Origin: Planctomycetota bacterium
GTDB lineage: Bacteria > Planctomycetota > UBA1135 > JADKAF01
Assembly: GCA_016793245.1 (NCBI GenBank)
Contig: JAEUHW010000351.1
Location: 5,987-69,986 of the forward strand
DNA: 64,000 nt
Reading direction: 5' to 3'
Shown: one piece after another, positions 63,007 to 64,000 of the stretch
How the letters are laid out: the number at the start of each line of letters is the position of its first letter
Position numbering within the stretch: position 1 is the first letter of the stretch
Notes under the pieces: model-generated
What the model was told of the DNA's origin: nothing
What the model saw: the letters and a program-made list of their open reading frames with translations, nothing else
The model's database searches: none
Translations under genes and position numbers: made by a program

Positions 63007-64000
63007 CTAGCCGCCAGAACGGGCGCGATGCAAGGCCACGGCAGTGAGATCGTCGTCGACCTTCTCGGCCGTGCTGCGCACGGCTTGCACGACGGCTTCG
63101 AGCGCGACCTTCGCGGACTTGCCCGCGCACTGTCGCAGCACGTTCTTCACGCGCTCCATCCCGAAGAGCTCCTCCGAGCTCACGTGCGACTCCGGGATCC
63201 CGTCGGTCAGACAGAAGAGCAGGTCGCCGGGCTCCAACATCACCGGCACACCGGTCTCGTAGGTCGCGCTGTCGATGACGCCGAGCATGAAGCCCGTCGC
63301 GGCGAGCTCCTCCACGCGCCCGTCGGCGCGCATGAGGAGCGGGGCTGGATGGCCGGCGTTCACGAAATCGATACGCCCGCTCGGCGGGTCGAAGATCGCC
63401 GCGAACATGGTCATGAAGTGCTCGTCGCTCGAGGCCGCGCAGAGGTCCTGGTTCAACCAGGTGATCACGCTCGAGAGATCCTGGCAGACGCGGAGGTAGG
63501 AGCGCAGGCTCGCGCGCGCGGTCGAGGTGAGCAGCGCCGGCCCGATGCCGTGCCCGGAGACGTCCCCGATCACGAGCGCCCAGCGGCCGTCCTCGAGAGC
63601 GATGAAGTCGTAGGTGTCTCCGCTCGCCTCTTCGGCCGGCTCGCACCAACCGTGGAGGTCGTAGCCTCGGATCGCCGGCGCCTTCGTGGGCAGGAGCCCG
63701 CGCTGGATCTGACCGGCGATGCGCAGCGACTGCTCGAGGCGCGTCTTCTCCAGCGAATCGAGCACGAGCCGCGCGTTGGTGATCGCGATCGCGATCTGCC
63801 GCGACAGCGCGTCGAAGAACGCGAGGTCGCTGCGCGAGAACTCGCGCGTCGCCGCGCGCGAATCGACGAGCAGCACGCCGAGCAGGTCGTCGCCGACGGT
63901 GAGCGCCGTGCACATCACGGCGCGGAGCTTCAGGTCGTAGACCGAGCGCGAGAGGTCCAGCGCTTCGGCGTCCGAGCGCACCATCGTGCGCACCGGGCGG
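63007..64000 (-). CDS. GAF domain + PP2C-type (SpoIIE/RsbU-like) serine phosphatase; the 5' end lies beyond the right edge
   Basis: C-terminal part of a GAF domain (LGVLLVDSRAATREFSRSDLAFFDALSRQIAIAITNARL), then a SpoIIE-type PP2C domain (AGQIQRGLLP...GDTYDF...VIGDVSGHGIGPALL...TMFAAIFD...NAGHPAPLL...TDGIPE...DDLT). The frame is open to position 64000. Confidence 0.85.
   Translation of the reverse strand, partial: RPVRTMVRSDAEALDLSRSVYDLKLRAVMCTALTVGDDLLGVLLVDSRAATREFSRSDLAFFDALSRQIAIAITNARLVLDSLEKTRLEQSLRIAGQIQRGLLPTKAPAIRGYDLHGWCEPAEEASGDTYDFIALEDGRWALVIGDVSGHGIGPALLTSTARASLRSYLRVCQDLSSVITWLNQDLCAASSDEHFMTMFAAIFDPPSGRIDFVNAGHPAPLLMRADGRVEELAATGFMLGVIDSATYETGVPVMLEPGDLLFCLTDGIPESHVSSEELFGMERVKNVLRQCAGKSAKVALEAVVQAVRSTAEKVDDDLTAVALHRARSGG

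Noticed and set aside
1-64000. CRISPR arrays, rRNA genes, tRNA genes, integrases, restriction-modification or toxin-antitoxin modules
   Set aside because: No regularly spaced direct repeats with unique spacers, no rRNA-like low-GC conserved stretches, and no recognisable proteins of these classes were seen on either strand. This was a visual scan only. tRNAscan-SE or Infernal would be needed for certainty.

Overview
Visibly very GC-rich bacterial chromosomal segment (GC not computed). I call about 55 protein-coding genes. By eye I found no rRNA, tRNA or CRISPR array. The domain repertoire includes DUF4388, PEGA, HDOD, FHA, PilZ and CHAD, many secreted HEAT/TPR/vWA proteins, and a His/Gly/Met-rich GroEL tail. 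This suggests a Myxococcota-like lineage, but that is inference only. Housekeeping content: korAB, groES-groEL, recN, dapD, cdd, cca, rluB, manA, nagA, rsmD, gluQ, an M16 peptidase pair, a ThiF/MoeB-like E1 and a FliA/WhiG-type sigma factor. Most long Arg/Ala-rich ORFs in the six-frame track are antisense or out-of-frame shadows of real genes, as expected at this GC, and were rejected. Items worth a second look: (1) a co-directional module of a transmembrane FHA-vWA protein, a LonC-like protease with degenerate Walker motifs, a CHAD protein and a PilZ protein (48.2-54.4 kb); (2) a Bat-like operon with no MoxR ATPase in the window, in which a dihydroorotase-like protein with apparently substituted metal ligands is start/stop-coupled to DUF58 and a BatA-like vWA protein (59.2-62.9 kb); (3) a RAYT (REP-associated Y1 transposase) flanked by roughly 230-250 nt imperfect inverted repeat arms with a 74/75-identical hairpin core, plus an extra repeat copy (15.1-16.9 kb); (4) a 1183-aa DUF4388-TPR-TM-PEGA-beta-propeller protein with a divergent secreted HEAT protein; (5) a sigma factor start/stop-coupled to an uncharacterised upstream protein; (6) tandem secreted HEAT-vWA paralogs. 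Family assignments come from motifs read by eye, not from database searches.
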